Assembly (NCBI RefSeq): GCF_018350175.1
Contig: NC_058368.1
Location: 70,000,001-70,060,000 of the forward strand
DNA: 60,000 nucleotides
DNA from: Felis catus
Taxonomy: Eukaryota
Direction of reading: 5' to 3'
The first letter of the stretch is position 1; each line of letters begins with the position of its first letter. The position numbers were made by a program, and so were the translations under genes. Shown piece after piece: positions 1 to 10,971 of the stretch. The notes under the pieces are model-generated. The model was given only the letters and a program-made list of their open reading frames with translations, had not been told where the DNA came from and searched no databases.

Positions 1-80
1 GAGGCCAAGAGCACACTGTACACACTGTATGTTAGCTAACTTGACAAAAAATAATACTAAAAAAAATAATTTAAAAAAAA
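1..80 (+). mobile_element. 3' end and A-rich tail of a felid/carnivore L1
   Basis: gccaagagcacactgtacacactgtatgttagctaacttgac followed by an A-rich tail. Confidence 0.65.
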
Positions 81-845
81 TTCCACAGGTTAAGGGCTCA
101 GTCCTATAAGACTGCCTTCCCCCCGACTTCAGGCACCACAGGCAAGCCTAGGTTGTCACCTGTGCTTCTGACTGATGAGCTACAAATTGGAAGTTCCAAA
201 GACCATCTCCTTGAACTTCAGATACAAGTCACAATCCCAGGTTGTTGCCTGTATTTCTGACCTACTGACTATAAATCAGTATAAACGACCTCCTTGTAGG
301 GTTCAATTAACTTGCTGGAGCTGCTCACAGACCTCAGGAAACACTTTACTTACTAGATCACCAATTTATCATAAAAGGATATAACTTGGGAGCACTCAAG
401 TGGAAGAAATGCACAGGACAAAATAGGTGGGAAGGGGCACGGAGCTCCCACGCCCTCTCCAGGGTGCCTCTGTCCCCGTACCTCCCTGTGCCTACCAACC
501 TGGAAGCTCTTCCAACCCTGTCTTTTGGGTTTTTATGGAGGCTTCCTTACATAGGCATGGTTGATTAAATCATTGGCCGCTGGATATTAACTCAATCTCC
601 AGGCCCTCTCCCCCTCCCTGGAGGTCAGGGGGTGGGAATGAAAGTTCCAACTCTCTAGTCACATGATTGGTTCTTTTGGCAACCAGGCTCCATCCTTAGC
701 CAGCTCCCCAAAGTCACCTCATCAACATAACAAGAGATAGTTCACCACTCTCATCACTTAGGGAATTCCAAGGGTTTTAGGAGCTCTGTTCCCAAAACAG
801 GGAAGATTGAATATGTATTTCTTATTATAAATCACAATCTCACAG
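81..845. mobile_element. MER21-family LTR
   Basis: Recognised segments ccacaggttaagggctcagtcc...aagactgcc, cctgtcttttgggtttttatggaggcttc and ccaagggttttaggagct. Confidence 0.75.
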
Positions 846-968
846 TAGTTAAACACAGAGAAGGGACTCAACCTGTTTGAGAAGATAATTCACAGGAATA
901 CAGTCTTGATAGCAGAATGAAATTTGAATTCATGGGCCTTAACATTACTACCATAATCTACTATCTTT

Positions 969-3228
969 TGATCCTCTCAAGAGATGCAGAGAAAGCATTT
1001 GACAAAATACAGCATCCTTTCTTGATAAAAACCCAAGATCATAAAAGCTATTCACAAAAGATCCACCGCTAATATCATCCTCAACGGGGAAAAACTGAGA
1101 GCTTTCCCCCTAAGGTCAGGAACACGACAAGGATGTCCACTCTCACCAGTGTTATTCAACATAGTGTTGGAAATCCTAGCCTCAGCATTCAGACAACACA
1201 AAGAAATAAAAGGCATCCAAATTGGCAAGGAGGAAGTCAAACTCTCACTCTTTGCAGATGACATGATACTCTATGTGGAAAACCCAAAAGACTCCACAAA
1301 CTGCTAGAACTGATCCATGAATTCAGCAAAGTCACAGGATATAAAATCAATGCACAGAAATTGGTTGCATTTCTATACACCAATAATGAAGCAGCAGAAG
1401 GAAAAATTAAGGAATCTATTCACAACTGCACCCAAAACCATAAAATACCTAGGAATAGAGTTAACCACAGAGGTGAAAAATCTATACACTGAAAATTATA
1501 GAAAGCTTGTGAAATAAACTGAAGAAGACACAAAAAAATGGAAAAACATTCCATGCTCATGGACTGGAAGAACAAATATTGTTAAGATGTCGATTCTGCC
1601 CAAAGCAATCTACATACTCAATGCAATCCCTATCCAAATAACACCAGCATTCTTCACAGAGCTAGAACAAACAATCCTAAATTTGTATGGAACCAGAAAA
1701 AACCCTGAATAGCCAAAGCTATCCCGAAAAAGAAAACCAAAGCTGGAGGTATCACAATTCTGGATTTCAAGCTATATTTTAAAGCTGTAATCATCAAGAC
1801 CATATGGTACTGGCACAAAAAAAGACACACAGATCAATGGAACAGAATAGAGAACCCATAATAGACACACAAACGTATGGCCAACTAATCTTTGACAAAG
1901 AGGAAAGAATATCCAATGGAAAAAAGATGGGCTCTTCAGCAAATGGTATTGGGAAAACTGGACGGTGACATGCAGAAGAATGAACCTGAACCACTTTCTT
2001 ATACCAGACACAAAAATAAACTCAAAATGCATGAAAGACCTAAACATAAGTCTTGAAGCCATCAAAATCCTAGAGGAGAAAACAGGCAACAACCTCTTTG
2101 ATCTTGGCCGCAGCAACTTCTTACTTGACATGTCTCCAGAGGCAAGGGAAACAAAAGCAAAAATGAACTATTGGGACCTCATCAAGAAGGTGAAAGAAAC
2201 AATCTGTACGGTGAAAGAAACAATCAGCAAACCTAAAAGGCAACCAAGGAATGGGAGAAGATATTTACAAATGACACATCAGATAAAGGGTTAGTATCCA
2301 AAATCTATAAAGAATCTATCAAACTCAATATCCAAATACCAAGTAATCCAGTGAAGAAATGGGCAAAAGACATGAATAGACATTTTTCTAAAGAAGACAT
2401 CCAGATGGCCAACTGACACATGAAAAAATGTTCAACAAACTCATTAGCAGGGAGATACAAATCAAATCCACAATGAGATACCAGCTCACACCTGTCAGAA
2501 TGGCTAAAATTAACAACTCAGGAAATGACAGATGTTGGTGAGGATGCAAAGAAAGAGCAACACTTTTGCACTGCTGGGGGGAATGCAAACTGGTGCAACC
2601 ACTCTGGAAAACAGTATGGAGGTTCGTCAAAAAGTTAAAAATAGAACTACCTCGCAACCCAGCAATTACACTAATAAGTATTTATCCAAAGGACACAGGT
2701 GTGCTGGTTTGAAGGGGCTCATGCACCCCAATGTTCATAGCAGCACTATCGACAACAGCCAAAGTATAGAAAGAGCCCAAATGTCCATCGACGGATGACT
2801 GGATAAAGAAGTCATGGAGTACTCGATCCAAAAGAATGAAATCTTGCCATCTGCAACAATGTGGATGGAGCTAGAGGGTATTATGCTACGTGACATTAGT
2901 CAGTCAGAGAAAGACAAGTATCATATGACTTCACTCATATGTGGAATTTAAGATACAAAACAGATGAACGTAAGGGAAGAGAAGCAAAAAATAATACGAA
3001 AACAGAGAGGGAGACAAACCATAAGAGACTCTTAAATACAGAGAACAAACTGGGGGTTGCTGGAGGGGTTGTGGGGGGGATGGGCTAAATGGGTGAGGGG
3101 CATTAAGAAGGGCACTTGTTGGGATGAGCACTGGGTGCTACATGTAAGTGATGAATCACTGCATTCTATTCCTGAAATCATTATTACTCTCTCTGTTAAC
3201 AAACTTGTATGTATATTTAAAAAACTTA
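969..3228 (+). mobile_element. 5'-truncated carnivore L1 (ORF2 RT to 3' UTR), decayed, antisense in intron 5
   Basis: [17 protein letters not shown] and LFADDMILY (~1250-1275) RT motifs; frameshifts; G-rich carnivore L1 3' UTR and A tail. Confidence 0.95.
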
Positions 3229-3527
3229 AAGCAACAGCTTGAATACTGGACAAGGATTTATGTATGGAATTCTTTTGTAGCTCTTACCGTTTTCAGTAAA
3301 AGAATGGGTAGGTAAAATGTGTCTGTGTGCACTGTGTCTAGTACAATCATAATAGAATCATAATAGTCATGAAAAGCCATGGAAAAAGACAATTTAAATG
3401 CAAAGCAGAGTATCAGGTTATGTGGAAACAAGCAGAACGAAAGATTTACTACTATAATCTTTTACAATGATAGAAGAGATTATTTGTAATAATGGAGGGA
3501 ATTAAGGCTTAGTTACTTTTACTTCCC

Positions 3528-3720
3528 TTGTATTTTCCAAGTCTATGTATTTTACCTCCTGAATTGAAAAAAATCACTCATGGAACTTACCAACTCCCAT
3601 TTTGTAGTTTTGTTAGATTTATAGTAGGTACTACAAATTTCAGGTTTTTAAAACAATTTTTTTAAGTTTATTTATTTTGAGAGAGAGAGAGAGCATGAGC
3701 ACATGCACAAGCTGGGGAGG

Positions 3721-3764
<44 letters not shown>

Positions 3765-3783
3765 GAGAGACAGAGAGAGAATC
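3528..3783 (+). repeat. Local direct repeat, copy 1 (unique flank + SINE tail); copy 2 at 6904-7123
   Basis: ttgtattttccaag...tacctcctgaattgaaaaa...tttgttagatttatag...gtactacaaatttca matches 6904 onward. Confidence 0.9.
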
Positions 3784-3908
3784 CCAAGCAGGCTCCACGT
3801 TGTCAGCACACAGCCCAGTGGGGGGTTTGAACTCACAAACCATGAGATACAACCTGAGCTGAAATCAAGAGTTGGACACTGAACTGACTGAGCTACCCAA
3901 GCACCCCC
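3650..3908 (-). mobile_element. CanSINE
   Basis: tRNA-like head, (CT)n linker, A tail; TSD caaatttca(g/a)gtttt. Confidence 0.92.
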
Positions 3909-4051
3909 AAATTTCAAGTTTTATAAGGGTTTATTCCAAATCTTCTTGTTTGCAAATATTACTTGAAAATGCTAACAAATATTTTAGGAAACTATAGATA
4001 AAGGCAAGGAAGATACTGCACATTGAAAAATTCCTTTAAAAAATCTGCTCA

Positions 4052-4268
4052 GGGGCGCCTGGGTGGCTTAGTCGGTTAAGCGTCCGACTTCGGCTCAGGT
4101 CATGATCTCACGGTTCGTGAGTTCGAGCCCCGCATCAGGCTCTGTGCTGACAGTTCAGAGCCTGAAGCCCATTTCAGATTCTGTGTCTCCCTCTCTCTCT
4201 GCCCCTCCCCTGTTCATGCTCTGTCTCTCTCTGTCTCAAAAATAAATAAATGTTAAAAAAAATATTTT
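4052..4268 (+). mobile_element. CanSINE
   Basis: ggggcgcctgggtggc head; TSD aaaatctgctca. Confidence 0.95.
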
Positions 4269-4285
4269 AAAAATCTGCTCATCTT

Positions 4286-4400
4286 AGGGCTCCTGGCTGG
4301 CTCAGTCAGAAGAGCGTGTGACTCTTGATCTCGGGGTTGTGAGTTCAAGCCCCATGTTGGGTGTAGAGTTTAGTTAAATAAATAAAACTTTAAAAAAATC
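4286..4400 (+). mobile_element. Short (CT-less) older CanSINE
   Basis: ggctcctggctggctcagtcagaagagc...gggtgtagag + A tail. Confidence 0.8.
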
Positions 4401-4520
4401 ATGCTCCTCTTCTTGAATTAACCGGCTGAAGCACTTTTTTTGTTTGCCTCTTAATAAACTTGTGCTTAGTGCTATCACTTTTATTTTTATTTATTTATTT
4501 TTAAAATTTTTTTATGTTTA

Positions 4521-4727
4521 GAGGCACCTGGGGGGCTCAATCGGTTGTCTAACTCAGGCTCAGGTCATGATCTAGCGGTTCATGGGTTCGAGCCCCATGT
4601 TGGGCTCTGTGCTGACAGCTCAGAGCCTGGAGCCTGCTTCAGATTCTGTGTCTCCCTCTCTGCCCCTTCCCCACTCATGCTCTGTCTCTCTCCGTCTCAA
4701 AAATAAACAAATATTCAAAAAAATTTT
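4521..4727 (+). mobile_element. CanSINE inserted in the tail of the adjacent minus-strand CanSINE
   Basis: TSD aaattttttttatgttta at ~4504 and ~4728. Confidence 0.9.
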
Positions 4728-4729
4728 TA

Positions 4730-4751
4730 AATTTTTTTTATGTTTATTATT

Positions 4752-4799
<48 letters not shown>

Positions 4800-4967
4800 C
4801 GTGAGCAGGGGAGGGGCAGAGAGAAGGGGAGACACAGAATCTGAAGCAGGCTCCAGGCTCTGAGCTGTCAGCACAGAGCCTGACGCAGGACTCAAACTCA
4901 CCAGCAGTGAGATCATGACCCGAGCTGAAGTTGGAAGCTTAGCCAACTGAGCCACTCAGGCACCCCC
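4730..4967 (-). mobile_element. CanSINE
   Basis: Reverse-complement SINE ending caggcacccc. Confidence 0.93.
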
Positions 4968-5129
4968 AAACATTTTAAATGACAACAAAACATGGCCGGT
5001 TGGATATGATGTACCGGGCCCTCTAGTGAGAGCTGTAGGTATGCTTGAATATGAACTCCGTGCAATACCCGAAGAGACTAAGCTTTCTTGAATACCTACC
5101 ACTTGCCAGGCCATGCTGTGGGTCCTTTA

Positions 5130-5295
5130 CCCAGATTAAGGCACAAAACTGCCACACGAGGTAGGCACTAGTTAAAGTGAGGAAACCTAGGCACAGAGGT
5201 TAAGAAATGTTCTCAACATCCCACAACTAGTAAAGGGCATAGCCAGCATTTGAACCGTTAGCCTGGCTCCAAAGTCCATGTTCTTAACTGATACC
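5130..5295. mobile_element. MIR fragment
   Basis: gaggaaacctaggcacagaggttaag...atttgaacc...ctggctccaaagtccatgttcttaac. Confidence 0.7.
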
Positions 5296-6131
5296 ATAGA
5301 AGAGAAAACTGAGGCCTGGGGAAGGTGAGCTGCCCAGGTCTTACAGCTCCTTTGTGAGTAGCTGGGACTCAGACATTGGAAGTGTGAGCTCCTGACCCGG
5401 TCATACAACCACTCCCTCCCACCAGCGCAGTTCTCTGTGGGCACCGAGGGTGTTGCAGCAAGGGACCGGGTCTAAACAGCAATCCGATTGGCTAACAAAC
5501 CAGAAACGCCGGAATTGCAGAAACCAACTTGAATTTCAGTGATATTTCCCCAACCCATACGATACGTTACTCATAGATCAAGGAACGGAAGCACAAGAAC
5601 CAGAAACAAAATATATTTTTATAAGGCCAGACTGTAGTGATGGGAAATTAGTCTCACAGAGGAGCGTTTGTCAACGGCACTTTCCATCAAGAACTCAGAA
5701 CACAGGGCTGCAATAAATATTTGTGAAACTGAATTACTGAAAAATAAGCGGAAGTATGGTACGAGGAGACACCCAAAGGTACAGAGTCTTGAGGAAACCT
5801 GGCACGATTAGGGATCAAGGTCTGTGGGAGTTCTGTCCCTGGGAGGAAGATCAAGATTAACACAAGTATTCCGGGCGCTGACCACGTGTCATGTGACATG
5901 TACCCGAGACAGCAAGGCATCGAGTGAGCAGTGGCTCCGGACAGCTGCTAGAATGGTGACATACATAGACCCAACTCTTAGTCAACGAAAAAGCTTCCTC
6001 TATGCTGATGAGAGAGGAAAGACCTCCTTGCACTTACGGTGAAGTTCAAGGAAAAAAGATGAAAAATTAGAGCACGGAGTAAGCCACCAGTGGCGGGGGG
6101 TGGGGGGGGAGGGCAGCAGGTGTCAACTCAC

Positions 6132-6251
6132 ACATGTGTGGGGAGGTTGTCAGGGATTCCGTCATGGTCGAAGTCTGTGAGGTCATTAATGGAACTGACT
6201 GAAATCACCGCCTGTCCGATTGTGTACACGATGGACAGCGACACGATCGTC
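6132..6251 (-). CDS. SLC15A1: SLC15A1 exon 5 (120 nt, TM3 and following loop to His121)
   Basis: caacacag|GACGATC...ACATGT|gtgagt; encodes TIVSLSIVYTIGQAVISVSSINDLTDFDHDGIPDNLPTHV. Confidence 0.97.
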
Positions 6252-6675
6252 CTGTGTTGAGAGGGGTTAAGAGAACCTAAGTTAACTGCATGGTAGGAGC
6301 CCACTACCTTCCCTCCCACAGAAAGGTCTCTTGCTTCAAAAGGCAAGATGCCAGCCATTGTGTACTTGTTTCTCAAACTTGAGTGCCACTGGGAACTCTT
6401 CAAACAACAAAACGAAAAACAAAAACAAGAACTGTTAACTCCTAGAAAGGCAGCCTGCTGGAGAATTTGTTGCCCAGCATGCACGTGTAAGTCACATCGG
6501 CTGGAGCCAGGGGAAGGGGCAGAAGATCGGTTTCATCTCTGAATTACTTGAAAAACTCAGTGTTTCCTCTTACCTAACTGCTGAGTCCGTCTATCTTCAA
6601 AAGTAAGAGATACTTATCTTGTGCCTGGTAACAATATTTGGCCAGGGGTGGGCCATTAATTATTTACCAAAAAAT

Positions 6676-6864
6676 TTTTTAATGTTTAATTTTAAGAGAG
6701 ACAGAGACAGTGTGAGTGGGTTGGGGCAGAGACAGAGGGAGACACAGAATCTGAAGCAGGCTCCAGGCTCCGAGCCCCCTACGCAGGGCTCGAACTCACA
6801 AACTGCAAGATCATGACCTGAGCCGAAGTCGGATGCTTAACTGACTGAGCCACCCAGGTGCCCC
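6676..6864 (-). mobile_element. CanSINE (internal deletion)
   Basis: Reverse-complement SINE in intron 4. Confidence 0.9.
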
Positions 6865-6903
6865 AGTCATTTTTATATTGTATTGAATGTACAGTGAGTT
6901 CAT

Positions 6904-7123
6904 TTGTGTTTTCCAAGTTATCTAAGTATTTTACCTCCTGAATTGAAAAAAGAAAATCACTCCTAGGATTTACCAACTCTCATTTTGTGGTTTTGTTAGA
7001 TTTATAGCAGGTACTACAAATTTCAAGTTAAAAACAATTTTTTTAAGTTTATTTATTTTGAGAGAAAGGGAGAGTGAGTGTGCGAGCTGGAGGGGGGGAG
7101 CAGAGAGAGACAGAGAGAGAATC
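6904..7123 (+). repeat. Local direct repeat, copy 2 (ends in a truncated CanSINE)
   Basis: Colinear with 3528-3783; similarity stops abruptly at gagagaatc. Confidence 0.9.
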
Positions 7124-7626
7124 AGTGAATTTGGCCCAGAAGAACCTCCACTTCCTTGCTCATTAAGTCCTGGGGACTTCTCAGTAACCCTCTATTGGGG
7201 GCACTCGTGGAGCTGATCCTGTAGAATTGGATGAATGCCCCACATCCTCCCCGCCCAGAGAGCAGTGTGAGCCTTTCGGCAGCCGGCACATACATTAGGG
7301 AGCTTCTTTGTTCTCTAGACCTTAACTCTGCGCCTCACACATGATTGATGATAGACAGTATCCCTGCTACTATTTCAAGAGGAGACAGAGATGTCACCAC
7401 TGTTTGGAGGAAGGAAAGAACCTACCAGTGCTACCTGCATTCACACTGCCAAACGCCAGGCACGGTGCTAGACCCGGGATACAATCTGAGCAGAAACAGC
7501 GCCTGACACGCTCTCCTAAGAGTTTTATGGGCCTTGATTCCTTGTTCCCACCGTCCTTCATCCCAAACCACAAAGCTGCAATTACTTCTTGGCTTGTTTC
7601 TTAACAAGGAAGCTGCAAATACTCAC

Positions 7627-7768
7627 TTGAACTTTCCCAGCCAGGAGTCCGCGATCAGCGCGCCAAGGATGGGCGTCAGGTAGCACAGAGCCACAAACGT
7701 GTGGTAGATGGCCGTGGACAGATTATCGTCCCATCCGATGAACCGTCTGAAGTACAGAATCAGGAGCG
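7627..7768 (-). CDS. SLC15A1: SLC15A1 exon 4 (142 nt; N50 sequon, His57, PTR2_1 motif)
   Basis: ctctgcaaaaag|CGCTCC...AAGTTCAA|gtgagt; encodes ALLILYFRRFIGWDDNLSTAIYHTFVALCYLTPILGALIADSWLGKFK. Confidence 0.97.
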
Positions 7769-7869
7769 CTTTTTGCAGAGGGCAGGGGGCGGGGCGAGAG
7801 GGGAGACAAAGTCAGGAGCTGTGGTAAGTCAGGCTCTTCACTCCGGGGAGGGAGGGTGAGGATGGTTAC

Positions 7870-7951
7870 CTCTCATTCCATAGTAGGAAAATCTTTCACA
7901 GAACTCATTGACCACGATGAAGAAGATGCTCAGGGGGTAACCGAAGCAGCC
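7870..7951 (-). CDS. SLC15A1: SLC15A1 exon 3 (82 nt, TM1 with EFCERFSYYG)
   Basis: tttcatcag|GGCTGC...ATGAGAG|gtaacc; encodes GCFGYPLSIFFIVVNEFCERFSYYGMR. Confidence 0.97.
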
Positions 7952-8249
7952 CTGATGAAAACAAACGGTGTGGGATTGAAACACGCCCCCCACTGGCCCG
8001 TGTTCACGAGTGAGCGCTAACAGCATGGAAAATAGCTGATGCACATTTAGCAACTTGTCAGTGACTGTCCAGAGGTGGAATCAAGAATTTAAAAAGTGTT
8101 TCACCCCTTGCACTCCACACAGAGACGACAGTGAAATAAAGCATCTGGTTTTATTGTTATTTTGAGAAAAACGAGACACACCATGTCCTAAAGAAAAAAC
8201 TCAGGATTGTCCCCGCACCAATGACACAAGTATATAATAGGAATTAAAA

Positions 8250-8462
8250 ATATTTTTTTACATGTTTATTTATTTTTGAGAGACAGAGAGAGACACAGCA
8301 TGAGCAGGAGAGGGGCAGAGAGAGAGACACAGAATCCGAAGCAGGCTCCAGGCTCTGAGCTGTCAGCACAGAGATCGACGCAGGGCTTGAACCCACGAAC
8401 CGTGGGATCACGACCTGAGCCGAAGTCAGACGCTTATCCGACTGAGCCAACCAGGTGTCCCT
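8250..8462 (-). mobile_element. CanSINE in intron 2
   Basis: Reverse-complement SINE. Confidence 0.92.
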
Positions 8463-8558
8463 GTGATGGGCATTTTTAAGCGAAGGAAGCACAGCTGCGA
8501 ACATTTAGGAGCCTATCAGACAAAACAAAGCTCTGTAGAGAAGGAAAAAAACACTCAC

Positions 8559-8575
8559 CTGTGATCTGGACATTC
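8559..8575 (-). CDS. SLC15A1: SLC15A1 exon 2 (17-nt microexon, G-M-S-R-S-Q)
   Basis: tttttctttcag|GAATGTCCAGATCACAG|gtgagt. Confidence 0.93.
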
Positions 8576-10971
8576 CTGAAAGAAAAACAAAATGCCACTA
8601 TTAAAGTCAAGTAATGAAAACACTTCCTGCAGAGTCTCAACTCAGACCCTCTGACTTTTCGGGGAGGTCAGATGTGCTGTCCAGACAGCTCCAGCCTTCT
8701 CTGGGAGCGGGACCTGGCATCAGATTTTCTTTTAATTAGCTCCTCAGGCAGTTTCATTGCGGTCAGAATTGAGAGTCAGAGGCTTCGAGAATAGCGCCAA
8801 GACCATTTCCTCCTGAAAACACTTCAAAGGCTGCCCATCGCCCACAGGGTGAAGACCAAACATTTCCGCTTGTCCTTTACTATCTCACGAGGTCAGTGGG
8901 GTTGGGTGAGGATTAAATAGTGGGAATATGAAATGCTTCAGGGTGTCTAACACAGTGAGGACTCAGCCACCATTCCCATTACCTGTTCCGGCCTCTCTTC
9001 CAGCCCCTTCCACATGCACGAGGCGGGGCTCGCATGACACCCAGCTATCCGTTTGCTGAGCACGTTGGGCGCCCACTCAAAGACGGTAACGCACGAGACA
9101 GTGACTCCAGGAACGGCCCCTGCCCCTTCCTACACCTGTTGTAACTCTTGCCATGACACGACCCGCACTAGCCACCTCTGCCTCCCGATTCTCCCAGAGT
9201 GGAATACCAGTTTGTATTTCTGCCTCCCCTCCAGGGGTGTCCACCTCCCCATCCCCAGCATCTTTCCCAGGACCTACCACATTGCAGGGCCTTATTGTCA
9301 GAAGAAGGAATTAGAAGAGCAGGAAGAAAAAAAAGGTGAGAATCCAAGTAAGCCAGTGCAAACCAAGGGCCGTTGACTCCACTTTCTAGATCTTAGGCGA
9401 ACCCTTCATGCCCCTGCCCTGGCCTCCCCTGAATTTTGAGGAAAGCTGACCCATCCCCTGGTTCGAGTCTTCACGCCGTGTGGCACCGCTCCCTGCACCT
9501 ACGCACGGCCCGTTGTTATCTGTGTCTGTCACACGCAGGGCCCTTCTCCATGGGGAATCATCCCTCCCCCTCCCTGGCTTCCACTGACCACATCTTAGAG
9601 TCCTTTGTTTTCAGGGGCCCACGAGCACCCCCCCACCTCTATTCTGAATCTGTGACCCCACGAATGTGCCTCAGAATCGACCTCCTCGGGAGAACAGGTC
9701 GCCGAGCCCCATGCCCACAGCTGCTGACTCTGGGGCGGTCCCCTGAGCCTGCATTTCTCACAAGTCCCAAGCTGATGTCCCCGCCGGTTCAGGGACAACC
9801 CCGTGAGAACCACCCGCAGGCTGTGATGTCCAGTTGCCGGACTGATCTGCATGAGTAGTTCTGATCACCTCGCTGGCCCCGAGCTCCGCAGAGACACTCC
9901 GTGCCTGATGTCCCATCACAGACGCTGGCCCTGACGCCTCGGATTTTCATTCTGTGCGAGCCCCGAGCCCCAGCCCACAATAAACAAAACCGCAGCCCTG
10001 CCTGAGGAACTCTGCTCTTGGCCCAGACCCATGCGGTGGTCGAGACCCCCCTCCTTCACGGGCGGGGGCCTCGCTTCCTGATTCTGGTCACGCTGTGCCG
10101 TGGGCGTTGGCACTTCCCCAACCACACGCCAGACGGTCTCACTGTCGCCCACTTAGGATCAGGGGTGCTATTTCAATCCTTGTCCTAAGGCGGGAAATGA
10201 CCTGTGCTGGCCTCACAGGGCTCCGGTCCCAACTCCTGCCATCTGTAAAGTTCTGGAAGGACATTGTTCCACGAATAGCCTGATTTTCTCCCCAGTTAGA
10301 CTTGCTGGTGGGAAGGGGCCGCTTTGAGGGGCAGAACGTGGGCATGGGGGGGCAGACGTGTGATTGAATCTCGCACCTGTTGCTTTCCAGCTGTGACCGA
10401 GGGTGAGCCAGCCTCCCTCTGACAGCCCACCTGTCGGTGCCCCCGCCCAGGTCTGACGCATCATTCAGGGAAGATGCTGCTGCCTCCCACAGGGTGGGAA
10501 TCAAATGTTTGTTGATCGAACAAGTGCTCCCAAGGCGCGGTCGTAGCCATCACCAAGTCCAGTGTTTGGATCCCAGCTCTGCCCCTCATTAGTTCCACCT
10601 GCCCGTCCAGGCTCTAACCTCCTTCTGCCGGAGACGCTGCCCTGCGCGCGCTTCATCAGTCTCTCCCGGGTTCCCGACCCCCCACGTGGCTTGGCCAATG
10701 GGAAGCCTGGGCAGGAGACCAGAGGGTCAGGGTGTTCCTCTCCCTGCCTCCTTCCCCATATGTCACCTCAGACTGCTCCATCCTCAGGGGACAGTGGAGG
10801 CTCCTCCGAAGGAGGCCCTCCCCACACAACTCTCCTCCCAGGTTCTGGTCACAGTTTTATACCACTTCCCATGGGGGAGACCACTGAAGTCATTACTCCG
10901 GGTACCTGCACTGTCATTTATGCCTCCCTGCCTCCCCCCCTTTTTTTTAATTTAAAAAATAAGTTTATTTA

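Noticed and set aside
1052..2798. RT-like ORF fragments as a functional reverse transcriptase
   Set aside because: 5'-truncated L1 ORF2 with many frameshifts, stops and a deletion.
4052..4140. tRNA gene-like sequences with A/B boxes here and at ~40 other sites
   Set aside because: They are tRNA-derived heads of CanSINEs, followed by CT linkers, A tails and TSDs.
1..6131. SLC15A1 exon 6 (expected ...GTGGIKPCVSAFGGDQF...)
   Set aside because: I did not find it on the minus strand; intron 5 extends beyond the window edge.
6128..6484. 118-aa ORF as a standalone gene
   Set aside because: Only 6132-6251 is exon 5; the rest is intron 4 upstream of a clear acceptor.
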